This document shows positions 40,450-54,243 of a stretch of DNA of 64,000 nt, one piece after another (position 1 is the stretch's first letter; the number at the start of each line of letters is the position of its first letter). The notes beneath the pieces were generated by a model, which saw nothing but the letters and a program-made list of their open reading frames with translations, had not been told where the DNA came from and searched no databases. Source of the stretch: Parasitella parasitica NRRL 2501 (taxonomy: Eukaryota > Fungi > Mucoromycota). The DNA is taken from NCBI GenBank assembly GCA_025201805.1, contig MU619329.1:42154-106153 (forward strand), read 5' to 3'. The position numbers and the translations under genes were made by a program.

Positions 40450-42149
40450 ATGTTCGTTTTCAAAACAGCAGCAAACAAGATTGCTCTTCCTGCTACTCGT
40501 GTAGCTTCTCGCAGATGTATTTCTTCCTCTGCTAGCAAATCTGGTAAGATGTTGATGTTCCATTCATGTAATGCAGCATAATTGACACTCTCTACTACTG
40601 AATAGCCCTCATGTCTACTCGCATGGCTCTTCAAGCCGGTAACAAGTTTGTAAGTGGTTTATGTACAGTATCAGGGTATTGGTGGCTGACATGAAGCGTG
40701 AAATAATAGACCTCCAACCTTCTTAAGGAAGCCTATGTCTCCTCTGCTCCTTCTCGTTTGATGTTCTTTGGTAAGTGGAAAAAAAAAAAAAAAAAAAAAA
40801 AAACCTTAATTGTCCTGTACGACAACTTTGTATTGACATGAAATATCAAAGGTCGTCGTGGTATGGCCACTGAAGCTGGCGGTAAGTTCAGTCGTGCCAA
40901 GCCTCATGTCAACATTGGTACCATTGGCCATGTTGATCACGGTAAGACTACATTGACTGCTGCCATTACCAAGACTTTGGCCATTGATGGTGGTGCTCAA
41001 TTCATGGATTACAACCAAATTGACAAGGCTCCTGAGGAAAAGGCTCGTGGTATCACTATTTCCACTGCCCATGTTGAATATGAAACTGGCAACCGTCATT
41101 ATGCACACGTCGACTGTCCTGGTCACGCTGATTACATCAAGAATATGATTACTGGTGCTGCCCAGGTAATTATTCATAATACACGTTCGTTAAAATAAAA
41201 AAAAAATGAGGCTCTCTAACAGCTTGTCTGTCGATAGATGGATGGTGCTATCATTGTCGTCTCTGCCACTGATGGTCAAATGCCTCAAACCCGTGAGCAT
41301 TTGCTGTTGGCCCGTCAAGTCGGCGTGCAGAACTTGGTCGTGTTCGTCAACAAGGTTGATCAAGTTGACGATCCTGAAATGCTCGAGCTTGTCGAAATGG
41401 AAATGCGTGATCTCTTGGCTGAGTACGGTTTCGATGGAGAGGCAACTCCCATCATCAAGGGCTCTGCTCTTGCTGCTCTCGAAGGTCGTGATCCCGAGAT
41501 TGGTGAGAAGGCCATCCATGAGCTAATGGCTGCCGTCGATGCCCACATTCCTACCCCCACTCGTGACCTGGATAAACCCTTCTTAATGCCTATTGAAGAT
41601 GTCTTTTCCATCTCTGGTCGTGGTACCGTTGCCACTGGTCGTGTCGAACGTGGTGTTGTCAACAAGGGCCAAGAAGTTGAGATTGTTGGAATGGGCCCCA
41701 CCCTCAAGACTACTTTGACAGGTATTGAGATGTTCCGCAAGGAATTGGATCGTGGCGAAGCTGGTGATAACATGGGCGCTCTTTTGCGAGGCGTTAAGCG
41801 TGAACAAATCCGTCGTGGACAAGTTATGTGTGCCCCTGGCTCTGTCAAATCTCACAAAAAGTTTATGGGAACCTGCTACATCTTGACCAAAGAAGAAGGT
41901 GGTCGTCATACTCCTTTCGCCAACAACTATCGCCCTCAGATGTTTGTTCGTACTACTGATGTTACCGTCTCCCTCACATTCCCTGAAGGTACTGAAGATG
42001 CCGATGATAAGTTTGTCATGCCCGGTGATAATGTAGAGATGCAATGTGAGCTCGTCCACGATATTGCGCTTGAAGAAGGCCAACGTTTCACTATCCGTGA
42101 AGGCGGCAAGACTGTCGGTACTGGTGTTGTTACCAAGATTATCGAGTAA
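40450..42149 (+). CDS. TUF1: Mitochondrial elongation factor Tu
   Basis: [45 protein letters not shown]-terminal [11 protein letters not shown]; presequence encoded on small 5' exons. Confidence 0.97.
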
Positions 42150-42912
42150 ACATTGTCAATGATCATTATTACTTTTTGTATAGCTTTCTTTTCTTTTTTA
42201 ATAACGATATTTTAGATATAAAAAAAAAAAAAAAAACAGCCAATTTTTCTTAAGTTAGCGTTGTGTGTGAAAGCTGAATGCAGGTACAGGGTTTGAGTCA
42301 TACGAGTCAGATTTGCGATCAATGGATGAAAGATTGAAATTATTGTTTATTAGTGAGATCAAACTGTATCTCTGTTTACGTCTTAAATGAATTCGGAAAA
42401 ATGCACAGATCAATCCTTTTCTTCTAAAAATATTGCTTGCTTTTCAGCTTTATGTATGTTTCCAGCACACAGCATATATTCCTCTGTGTATATTGCGGTT
42501 TTTTGTTAAATTGCGAGGATAGTAATGCTTGATAAACATCTCACAAGCAGATGCATGTCGAGCTTCCTCTCCTGTTTTTGTTTTTTTTTATTATGCTTGA
42601 ATCGAAATGGCGATACACATTCTCATACACTTAAAAATATGGCATTTTATTCACGTAATTGATCACAATGGTTTATATGTTTATAGGAAGATTGATCTTG
42701 TAACAATAAACAGAGCCACGAGCACACGTCGATGATATAGCAACTGCTGATCGCCAGCCGCTTCGATTAACTGGATTTCAATGTATGTGTTCCCATCAAG
42801 TAAATATGGTTGCGTAAGGTTATAAAATGCTCTTTTTTTTTGGTTTCTTTTTTTCGTTCCTTTTCTTTTCCTTGTGATTCATTTTTGCTGATACACTAGT
42901 TGGAAGCTATAC

Positions 42913-45900
42913 ATGATGGCAGGTATGAATAAACTTAGAGGACAAAGATAGGAATGAGGGGATTGGGGAATGGTNNNNNNNNNNNNNNNNNNNNNNNNNN
43001 NNNNNNNNNNNNNNNNNNNNNNNNGAGAAATTAAACGGTTGTTATGCGTGCTAGCCGATCTGAAAAATATTAATCTGAAACTTGGCATGTAGATCTCGGT
43101 GTATATACAACCCAAGAAAACCAAGGCAGCACAACTGAGGGGCCTATTTCCTCTACTATTGTTGACGATACTGTAGCTACAATACCAGTAATTGTCATAC
43201 ATGAGCAAGAAGACAACGATGTGGCTGTGTTGAAAGATAATCATGATGGCAATGACCAGGATATTGTCAACGTTTTTACGGCAAGTGATGGTGAGCAGCC
43301 ACCTCCGTACACAGAACAAGATAACTACTTCAACGCATCAGAGCTACTAGTAGATAAGGAGAAAAATGAAAATTTGGGTAATTATGCGTGATTTGAGAGA
43401 GGAACACAACATAAAACCAACAATAGGCTGACTGAATATTTTACACAACAGTAGAACTAGATGAGCAAGTAGAGAAGCAAAGAGAGAAAGACGAAGAGTA
43501 TGATTTGCTATTAGACTTGCAGCAATCGTCTGAAGAACAGATTCAACAGCAACAGGCAGCAGAAGAGGAGAGTTTGCTGACAACCTTACCCTTACCCCCT
43601 TTAGAAAAATTGATCAAATTCAGTAGCAGTACACTTGTTTTACAAAGGTATGCGGGAAAAAAGTTACCATATCCACAAGTGCGACTAAACGTCTTGAGCA
43701 GATTGGTAGTAACCCGAAATATATCAGCCATTATCTACGAGATCAGTGCGCAAGAAGCCGTTGATACGGTATTGCCAATCGTGATACAATTGAGCAAGGA
43801 TACAGAAGATGCTGTAAAGGAGGCGCTGGCAAGCGAATTAGATAAAATTATGTATTATTATTACGAGGTATGCACACTACCACCGCATGATTCACACTGC
43901 AATATGTGGCCTTAACATGCCTATTCATCATAGAATGCGCCGCCTGTGTTGGATTCAGTAACATATCCTGATGCTGTTTGCTCTCACATACCAAAAAACG
44001 CCTTTGCTGAGACCATCATCGAATTTCTATTAGACCAAAATACAACGCTCGCATCTATTACACAACAATCTGTAGTAACAATAGCAGCTGAATTAGCAGA
44101 AACCGCCGAGGGGTCAGAAAAATACGCTTTACACCAGATGCTGCTGAACGCCGAAATATTCCAGGGTATCGTCTTGGGCTTAATAAACATATTTAGCGGG
44201 AGACAACAGCAGCAAAACGTCAATGAATCAGATGATGAACAACAGCCGCAGGACGCCAAACCAATAGAAATATCAGACGCAAACGATAAAGAGAATATAA
44301 TAAATACACCTGTGCCGGATGCCCCAGCGTCGACCACTGTAAATAACACTACAACCGCTGTTGTAGAAAAGAAACCGCCGGAAAATATAGCCAATAATGT
44401 TGCTTTAGCCGCTACAAGTGCATTAACCAAGAATTACGATCATGGAGGAGTCAATTTGGCTAAAATGGTTTGCTTGATGGTAAAAACCATGTGTTACTGA
44501 GATTTGTAATTTGACCCGAAAAGCTAATATACATCAACTAGCTGATGTCTGCCCTGGCACCTGTGTTTGGACCTGAGGGTTGCACGGAAAAGATACTGCC
44601 AATTGTCGAGAGTTTGGTATCTGACCCCATGTTTTACGTGCGAAAAGAAACAGCGGCGGCAGTAGGCAGTCTGTCAACGATTGTCCCCGCAGCAGTTACT
44701 CTAGAAAAATTGGTAAATAGGAGTTGTTATACCCTCAAAATTGAATCCACATCATATTGACATGTACAGAACCAATAGCTTCCCATTTACTTGAAACTGT
44801 CCGTCGATACGATCTGGCATGTGCGCCGATCATGTGTATTTGCGCTTCCCCTCTTATGTGAGGCTCTTCCCCACGATATGAAATCCACAATTGCGGTTGA
44901 AGGCGTTGAACTGTTCAAGAATGATGTCTCCCGCAACGTACGCAACTCGCTAGCGGATGTCACAGGCGAGGTGATTTCCAAATTTTTGCCCGAGGACTGG
45001 AAAGAAACGGGTAATCCCGGCCAAGTTCCTGAAGAACTGCTCGGCTTCTTCTTGTCGTTAGGTAATGCCACCACTTCGAGCGCCAACCAAATGTACAAGG
45101 TGGACACAGAACGCATCCATAACTGCGCATACAACTTTCCGGCCGTGGTGTTGACAGCCGGTGTAGGGTACTGGGACTCGCATCTCAAAGACACCTATTT
45201 GAACCTGACCAAGGATTACCAGCTCAAAGTGCGACGTACATTCGCCTACTCACTGCACGACATTGCCCGCATTATAGGACCTGAGCGCACAGAACGAGAC
45301 CTTGTGCAGATATTTGCTCTTTACCTAATGGATTTGGATGATGTGAAACAGGGCGTTTTAGAGCATTTGTCAGAGTTCTTGAGCGTGTTGGCTGTCAGCT
45401 CGAGGAACGAGTATATTCCCATTTTGGCCGAAGTATGGGATGGTGTGATGAACAACTGGCATTTGCGCGACATTCTCACAAACCAACTGAGAGACATTTC
45501 GAGATTGTTTGATGCGTCTAGGGTTGTTGAACATATCCTGCCACTGGCTATCAAAGCATGTCATGATGAATTTGCATCTGTAAGAGAAACAGGCGTTGAA
45601 ATAGTAAGCTGTTTTTTTTTTGAGGATGGGAATGGATGTTGGTAAATACTAAAATTGCCTACACAGTTTCCAGTCATTTTGGATATCGTAAAGAGAACAG
45701 TAGATGAAGATGGCGAGAACCTATCCCATGTTGGAGGTGAAGGTGATGTGGACGAGACCGATACTTTGTTTGAACGTCAACAAAAGTATGCTCTGGCTTT
45801 GTTGAATCACGTCATGGAAAAACTGGATGATTTGGTCAGATCAGAAGCTTACCACACTCGACTTGTGTAATTATCACCTAAATGTAAAAATATTCACAAA

Positions 45901-46829
45901 GTGGGGGTGTATGCTAACCTCCATATTAGCTTTACACAGATATGTCGATCTTTGCTGGATGCCGGTATCAATCCAGCAGATTTCGCCTCCTTTTTTTTAC
46001 CAAGACTAGCATTGCTAGTTAAAGACCCTGTTGTCAACGTCCGCATTGCTGCTTCGAGAACCATACATACACTGTGCTTAATTGGTAAGTCGTGTTATAA
46101 AGCTGAAGAAAAACAGGAGTTTACCTACTATTCCTCTGACCAGATGCGTACAAAGAAGATATTGAAAACGTTATTTATGCGGACGAGATTGCCATGGAAG
46201 GCGAATCAAGCCCAAAACAAATCCTCAGTGATATCTTTTACCACTTGGCGACTGACAAAGATAAAGATGTGCGTTTCTATATATTAGATTTGATTTCGCT
46301 TGAAGAGCTGGAGCTCTATCAGAAGAAAAAAGCTGTAGAGGATTTGCAAGTGGCTGAAGAACCAGTTGCTAAAACACAATCTTCTCCTCCACCTCCACCT
46401 CCGTCAGCACATGTGATTATGCAACCATCTGTCATAGAATATCCAGGAATCCCCACTGTTCATCAGGTACTAGCAGACCGGGAAGAACAAAGAGACCAAC
46501 AAAGGTTGCAAGAGCATGCTGATGAAGTGAATCAAGACCCCTCGGCTGATTCGCCCATGGAGATTATTGAAGATTATCAATATTGTCCCGGAGATAGTGA
46601 TGAGGTAATGACAGATATTGATGATATCTTGGAGCCAGAGGTTCATCATCAGTTGGAAGCAGATGAAAAGCACGATGACATTCCAAAAGGAAAAGCTCAG
46701 CATATAAGCTTATCGAAAACTCCAATTCGTGCCTTGAATGATGCAAACATGGCGCCACACACATCTTCTGCTTTATCAGCTACTGCTGTTACATCTACTG
46801 CGGCGGCATCAGCAGCGACTTTTGACTAA
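42913..46829 (+). CDS. PPP4R1: Protein phosphatase 4 regulatory subunit 1 (HEAT repeats)
   Basis: (M)MA/DL start, LPPLEKLIKF, DPMFYVRKE, DTIWHVRRSC, NCAYNFPAVVLT, KVRRTFAYSLH and DPVVNVR. Confidence 0.85.
42975..43024. other. Assembly gap in first PP4R1 intron
   Basis: N run. Confidence 1.
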
Positions 46830-47061
46830 TTGAATAGCTATCTCTTCGCTTTTTTTTTTTGCTATTTTTCACTATATATATATATATCCTCTTTATCATA
46901 CATATATTATTTTATTAATTAATACTTTAATTTACGTTTAATATTTATTATTAAAATGGGCTATTTCCCTTCCTTATTGTAGCTCAAGTATTTGCCACAT
47001 GCTATTAGCAAGCCTTGTATGCAGCTCAAATGATAGGCACATGCTGATTTCAGCGTGAAAT

Positions 47062-47577
47062 TTAAGAAGAGAAGTCAAAATTTTCAAAGGGAAACCAAGT
47101 ACCATCAGCCTGAAATGTTCCAAAATAGATGACACCGTCTTGTTCGGTAATCTCTATCGAACCACCTGCTGGAAAATTAATACCGTAATGATTATCTGCA
47201 ATGACAATCTAAATGGTGCACATGCGTTTAGCTTTATGTTTTGTATAACGAGCAGCACATTATATATGTACTTACATGCATCAATAGTGTTTGGTTTGGG
47301 TCTCTGGACTTGTTACATGATTTATTTGAGTAATGACAACATTCCCTGCCATTCGCCCCTATCGTTTTTTTAAAATAGCTAATGAAGCAAATGAGCATAT
47401 GTTTTTCAAGTCATCGAAGAATACCCACTCGTAAGACGTTGATGCAGTGTTTTCTGCTCTCTGTTCTACATATACCTGAGTGTTGGACATGTAATTATAA
47501 ACGCAAAACGCCCTAATATGCTGGGCCAACAGCAGTATCTGTATTAAACCGAGTAAAATAGTGCTTTTAAAATTCAT
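47062..47577 (-). CDS. Small secreted cysteine-rich protein
   Basis: Signal peptide MNFKSTILLGLIQILLLAQHIRA then FCVYN; spliced continuation ECCHYSNKSC.../IVIADNHYGINFPAGGSIEI...FDFSS*. Confidence 0.72.
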
Positions 47578-48987
47578 TTTGAATGTGCTGACTAGAATGC
47601 TGGCAAATAGCAGATGTATTTATATTCAAAATTATCGCAATGCCAATTGTTATACAGAAAGTTGCAACAATGAAAGCCTTTGGCACAAATGACCATGAAT
47701 CCCTGTTTTAATGTATGGTTATATCATAAAGAACACTTGTAATGTATTGTCTTTTCTAACCTCACTTGTAATCTCACCACACAAGGAATAAGCACAGCAG
47801 GTATTTTTTTTTTTTTTTTTTTTTTTTTGCATGTCTTGTAAATCAGTTCAGTTACACATTACCCAAAGGGTCCTACATTTTCATTCTTATTGGGCAATCA
47901 CAGCTCGTTTAACTGACAAGAACAAAGATGACCAAAAGCATGATTTTTTTTACTGCTGTCAAAACCTAAACAGTATGAAGGTTGAGCTCGTGACATAACA
48001 GTGATTGTAGTAAATTATCAATATGCCACGTTAAACCTCGACCTGTAGAAAATTCAGAAATCCAAAAATTCGTATAGGGTCATTGAAAGAATGGGAATAT
48101 GGCACGTTTCTATGACAAAGAGTTTTACGAAAGAAATTAATAACAATCATCAGTTTGCCTTGGAAATATTGAGACTGACTAGAGCCAATGGAACTTTGGC
48201 TGGTGACTTTAGCATTTCAAGTCTTTAGCCCAGTATTCTATTTCATACAATATATACATTTTTAGAGACGAATTGGCGTACGTGGGGCATATATTATTCA
48301 CAATTAATCACATACAATATTTATAGATAGCAATCTGGGTACTTGATAAACGATTTATTAATCATAGCAATTGATCAGATTATTCCAAGGAACAAACGAG
48401 AGAAGAATGGCATCAATGGACCAATGCTCTGGTAGAGTATATTCGGGCCTGTCCACATATATCTTTATATCGGCCGTAAGACTAATGTAGATATATCATA
48501 CAAAATCAATCGCAAACAACCATTTCCTGATAGCAAAGGTATGGCCATCTGGACACTTTATGGGTGATCACAGCAGTTCACAAATTACATCTCACTTGGG
48601 CTGGAGAAAGTTCCACATTTTGATCTGTTGGATTGTGAATCTGTGTGAGAATGATTACTGTCTTTGCAATATCTATTAATAATGTACTCTATGTCAATAA
48701 GGCATCCTATATTATTGTGGAGTGCCTTGAGGTACGGAAAGCACCCAAGTCAAAATTATTACACATAATTATCTCGAACATTATAGAGTCTAGCAATTCA
48801 GGAAAAAATTGGGATTTGCCATTAGAACTGGCTATTGAAAAAAAAGTTCTTGTTGATTAACTTGGTCAACATGAAAAGCTATTGTATAAAGTTTGTCTAT
48901 TAGTATTATAGCAAACGCGGCGGATAAAAAAAAGCGCAACATCATGTCGCGGCTCTTTTGCTCTTTTCATTTGTGATCAACACAAAA

Positions 48988-49227
48988 NNNNNNNNNNNNN
49001 NNNNNNNNNNNNNNNNNNNNNNNNNNNNNNNNNNNNNNNNNNNNNNNNNNNNNNNNNNNNNNNNNNNNNNNNNNNNNNNNNNNNNNNNNNNNNNNNNNNN
49101 NNNNNNNNNNNNNNNNNNNNNNNNNNNNNNNNNNNNNNNNNNNNNNNNNNNNNNNNNNNNNNNNNNNNNNNNNNNNNNNNNNNNNNNNNNNNNNNNNNNN
49201 NNNNNNNNNNNNNNNNNNNNNNNNNNN
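48988..49227. other. Assembly gap, likely hiding the INTS7 5' exons
   Basis: N run. Confidence 1.
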
Positions 49228-49328
49228 AAAAAAAAAAAAAAAAATAAGCAACTACTGCCAAAGAAACAACTAGCTCATTTGCTTTATTTTTATTTAGTAA
49301 TAACAGTGTCAAATATTATGTGTACAAG

Positions 49329-52300
49329 GTGTTCAAAGATGCATCAGACATTCACTTGACAAAAGTCATCAATATCGAGGAAACGGTAAGGCGTATTCTA
49401 CCAATTTTAGGCTCGAACGATCCAATCGCTAGATCTATCGCACTTCGGTAATGCATTGTTCTGATCTACTCTCATAAAAAGTTACTAAATACATACGTGT
49501 GTGAATTTCAGCGTGTTGGGTTGCATGTCCATGATTATTGCCGAGAAACTAGATGTTCAGTTTGCGTATGTTGACACATCCACAGGTTATGCGTGTAGGT
49601 TACTAATACGACAGCGTAGTATTATACAGCGATTGGAGCTAGCCACAGATCGAATTGAACTGGAGGCAGCAATATGGGCGGGTGATCAGATTTGTGCGAG
49701 ATCAAATAGGTTTCCATCTGTCATTTTCTCAAAAGTAGTGGATAAGCTTCAAGGTAAAAGGGCATTGCTGTAGTCTGTCCAAAGTATATTGACTTGAACC
49801 AGATACGCAGACGCCATTCGATATCAAGCTGAGATTAGTCAAAATATTTCGACACATGCACCAAGATATCGGCATGGCAAGACAAGCCAAGCTGACATGT
49901 TTAGTGCTGCTGCAGGACCCAAGCACGGACAGCACGTTAGTAATTGTGACGCTAAGGACATTAACCTTGCTGCTCAGTCAAGCTGTCATTGATCGCAAAG
50001 AACAAGTTAAGTGTCTCTGAACATTTTGAAACTGGTCCGCTCATCCAGGCCATAAAAAAAAATTGTTTAGATCAATCGGCTGCTAGACTATGCTTTGAAC
50101 GACCAACGAGAGGATATATGCTATAATGTACTTTATGACCTTGTTTTGCTCGGAAGGAACGACATTATGTTTGACGAAACGCATATCGTCCGACTACTGC
50201 AAATGATTGTTACTGCAAAGCCCAGACGTATTCGGCAAAAGGCCTTGCAGTGCGCACAAACACTAATCGAAACGCATAAAAAACTCATTGTCCAGATAAT
50301 GCATAGATCAGCATTGACTGTATTCATGAATTACATGCAGGATTGCGAGCAGATGATGAACGAATCTATCAGAGACCAGCACTATGCCAGCATGATAACT
50401 AGCGCACGATTTTTATACAGTGTTTTAAGGATTGCACTGACGCCAGAGCAAATAGACGAAAATACAATGGATATAGACATGCCAGTTTTACCAAAACTGA
50501 AAGCATTGGGCTACAGGGTAGCAGAGAAAATTACACAAGTTGATTTAAAGCTGATTGAGCAGAAAAAGCATATCCACCAACCGATTAGACATAGAGTAAA
50601 GTTGAATAGACATCACGATTGCCATCGTCCTGCCACTAAACACATTAAGGTAGTTGCGAGAGCTGCTGAAAATCAAGTCTAGCTTCTGTCTGCTACTGGA
50701 GGGCTGGGATTGCGACACCACATTCAGAGATGCATGTAATCTACTGACTGACGCAGACGGTGAGTCCTTTTTGATATGGATTGCTGCCATGACTAATTGT
50801 CTCCAGACGATATGGCTGCGGTTTTACTGCCTTATTTATCGACAATATCAAAGAAATGCAAGCAGATTTCCGGTTGGTTTCCTGCTGAAGCGATCGAGGA
50901 GCTGCGCAAGAGGATAAATCGTCCTTCCGTCTATGTCAATTTGATGCGATTGCTATTGAGAACCACAGAAAGCAGCCCTGAAATCACAGTAAAGCTAATG
51001 CAGCTTCTGCATGACTTTGGGAGCTGGGATCAGGCCACTGAGACCTACTCGAGAAATGGATGGAACCTGTATTTGATTGGCATGGAGGCAGGTTCATGTC
51101 GATGGTATGAGCTGATGCACCTGATCATGAATGATTTGCGTAAGCGAGCGGAGACAGAAGCCAGCTATTGCTGGTTGAATGCGCTTTCCTCGCTGGCCCT
51201 TGCAGAGCATAGCTTGTCCAACAAAGACTTGTCACCTAATCTCTATATCAAAGCCATATTTGAGCTCAAGGTATTTGTTTAGAAAAAAGAAAAGAAAAAA
51301 AAGAGAAAGAGAAAGAAGGGGATGGGATGGGATGGGATGGGGAGGTATAGTTCAGAATGCTGATAAAGCCTCCAATACTTTAGGCTCTGCGATCATTTGA
51401 CCAGCCCCGGTTTAATCAGATATGGTTTGTTCAACTGAGAATGGAGTTTATGCAAGCAGTGCTACACACCAAAACGATTCTTTCCATCAAGTCTAAGAAG
51501 CAGGCACGGCAAATACAATCCTGCGCTGCCGCGTTTCGCAAGATTGCCTTCCAGTACGATTTCATCGCACAGGCTCAGTTTGGCATTGACAAGGAGACGC
51601 TGCAAGTGATAGAGTCCTACAAAGTGTGTGCTCTGGTGTGCGAGCATGCCGCTCGTACTTTGATGGGTTCAGAACAAGCCTTCTTTTGCGTAGATCCTTC
51701 TTTGATACCTTTAATCGCTGAGCAAGAAACAGACACACCACATCGGCTTACAGATATAACCGGATACATGATGCATCAGTCAAGGGGATTTCTGAGAAAA
51801 GTAACAGCATGGGAAGAGTTGGCTCATCTAGACAGTGATGATCGTAGACAGGTGACACTATAAAAGAGGCGGGGGAAGATCACGGAAAGGGCCTTGGCAT
51901 CTAATATGAATTTGCAACTAGGTCTGTGAGCAGGATATAAACCGAATTTTTGATGCCATATTGGCTGAACCTTTAGTGTTGCCTAGATCTTTCTTTGAAA
52001 GTCGAAAGAAAGTGGATATCCAGCTGACAACAGAGCCAATGCTGAGTGAACAGAAGCCCATCACACTGCAGTCGAACGAGGATCTAGTCATCAAATTCGA
52101 AGGGCTTGTCCAGGTCGATCCACACGTTAAGCGTAAGTCTAACCACGTTGGTTTTAATAGAGATCTAATGTATAGGTCTGCATAGACGTGGAGAAAAAGA
52201 TCAAAAAGGCGGTAATTGTATGCTTTGTTACCAAAGAGAAAATACTACATTTGGATGATCGCATTGGCGTCAACATGATTTTTTCAGAACCGGCCCAAAT

Positions 52301-52597
52301 GCTTCAAACAGAGGACAATCAGGTACATTAGCTATCAAGGATGTCTCCAACATGAATACAATGACTCATATGCTGTCCTAGTCAATATTGTTACAGCCGC
52401 CCATCGTATACATTGCGAATGTTCGAAATTCGTACTTTACTTATACAGGATTATTATCCTTACCCAAATCCAAACCCCATGAAACGTTACCAAAAACGAA
52501 AAGAGAAGCCTGGGTGAATGTGTTTGTCAAGATATTGGATGATAATTCTGGTATCTGGTCAACAGGTCCATTGCAATGGGGTAAAGTGATTTGGTAG
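49329..52597 (+). CDS. INTS7: Integrator complex subunit 7 (5' end in gap)
   Basis: INIEETVRRILPILGSNDPIARSIALRVLGCMSMII...ELEAAIWAGDQI, KLRLVKIFRHMH, NGWNLYLIG, PRSFF and C-terminal WSTGP resemble INTS7. Confidence 0.85.
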
Positions 52598-52708
52598 AGT
52601 AATAAAACAAGGGAGAGGGAGGAGTTTATTATGTGCAAGGAGTACCACTGCAGTATTATCAAATCCTTCTATTATTTATATGTCATTGATAATAGTCCAA
52701 GAGACTCA

Positions 52709-53188
52709 TTAGCAAACGATGCATTTCCCATTCTTGTCTTTTAGTGATAAAAGCTTTGCTAATTGTATCTGCTCACTGTCTGTAATATTGCCTTGCTTTG
52801 CCTTGGCCTGTAACCGTGCAATGTCTTGATTTCTTTGATTGGATGCATTTGCCCTTTCTCGTCTTTGTCTCTCCATCTCTGCCCTCGAAGCTTGTGCTTG
52901 CTTATTAGATGAACTGCTGCTGAAGGGAGTTTTCTTTATCATTGAAGTTGGTTTTGCAGGCTTTCCTTGACACTGATGATCCACTTCTAATCGATGCTTG
53001 ACACAAAACGAAAGCCCACATTCAGTGCACAGCATTGGCACCAGCATTTTTGTAGGGCATCCCTTTTTACGACATTTGTTATCATTTTTGGGTTCCAAAT
53101 CTGAACAGTTGCTCTGCAAATGCTGATTCATCTGTGCGCATTGTTTGAGTATATGGTAACTATATGCCGAAACCTTCCCTCCCCCCTC

Positions 53189-53232
<44 letters not shown>

Positions 53233-53647
53233 GACTTTACATACTCTGATATTTGGATCGTCACCTCGTTTGATCGGCACTGGTTTGTCACAAATAGGGC
53301 AGACAGGTACACTGTAAGATATAAGTTTTCTGTTCATGTCAAAGGATTTATGATTCCTATAATTTACCGGATGTCCATGCTTGGATCTTTCAAACTAGGA
53401 CAATTGTGATCTTCTAGCTTAAAGTGGTCTTGACTATCATTGGTGGGTTAATTGTTGATTCGACTCTTCTGCTACGACAGTAAAATGCTTACCAATGAAT
53501 TTGTTTACAATAAACGCAAGTGTAGGGTAGGAAATCTATGGAATTGTCAGTGTTTCTTGACCAAAAAATCGAGTAATTCTGCTATAAATTACCATGCAAA
53601 TTGCAGCCTTCAACTGTACAGCGTTTTCCTACTTCAAGTAATGCCAT
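52709..53647 (-). CDS. AN1-type zinc finger protein (ZFAND2/AIRAP-like) with C-terminal CaaX
   Basis: VGKRCTVEGCNLHDFLPYTC, VPVCPIC, CTECGLSFCVKHRLEVDHQC; ends KCIVC*. Confidence 0.88.
53191..53229. repeat. (CA)n microsatellite in intron
   Basis: Directly visible. Confidence 0.9.
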
Positions 53648-54243
53648 TTTTATTATATTACGTATATTTATTAGAATGAATTGGAAAAAGAAAAAAAAAA
53701 AAAAAAAAAGGAAAAACTAAATACAGGAACCTGCTATTTATTCCTTTTTCGACGCTGAATTCCAATTACTGGTATTTCGTAGTAAGAACTCATGTCGAGT
53801 GCATAAGCAAAAAGAATACGCAAGCACTCGTGTGGAATCTGATGGAAAAATGCCGCTTTACAAACTTTGTAGGATGTTCTACATGCCATGAGAAATCAAT
53901 TACCATCAGAGTTTCTTTGTTCTTGATAGATCCATAAACACATTGCCAAGATTGTTAGTGCAACAAGCTACTAATAACAATACATGATGTGATTTCTATA
54001 CATATTGTCATCTATTATTGTTGTATTTATAATCAAAGAATGACTGCATTGTCATTTAGAAAAAGTTCTGTTTTGGATCATTAAAGGCAGCCATGCATAC
54101 TTTTCTGCATTCATTGTTGCTTGGTAATTTGGCTGTCCCGCAAAGATGGTGAAAGTGCTGAATCCAAATAAACACGTGTAGTGGTGTCGGATCCAACTGC
54201 CTTGTTGTTTTTTTCTTTTGGCCAACACAACATACTACAGATC

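Noticed and set aside
40450-42149. Bacterial-like EF-Tu (and YqeY at 29661) as horizontal transfer or contamination
   Set aside because: Both have spliceosomal introns and mitochondrial presequences, as expected for nuclear-encoded mitochondrial genes.
48958-49359. ORFs spanning N runs (also 42879-43319)
   Set aside because: Artefacts of assembly gaps.
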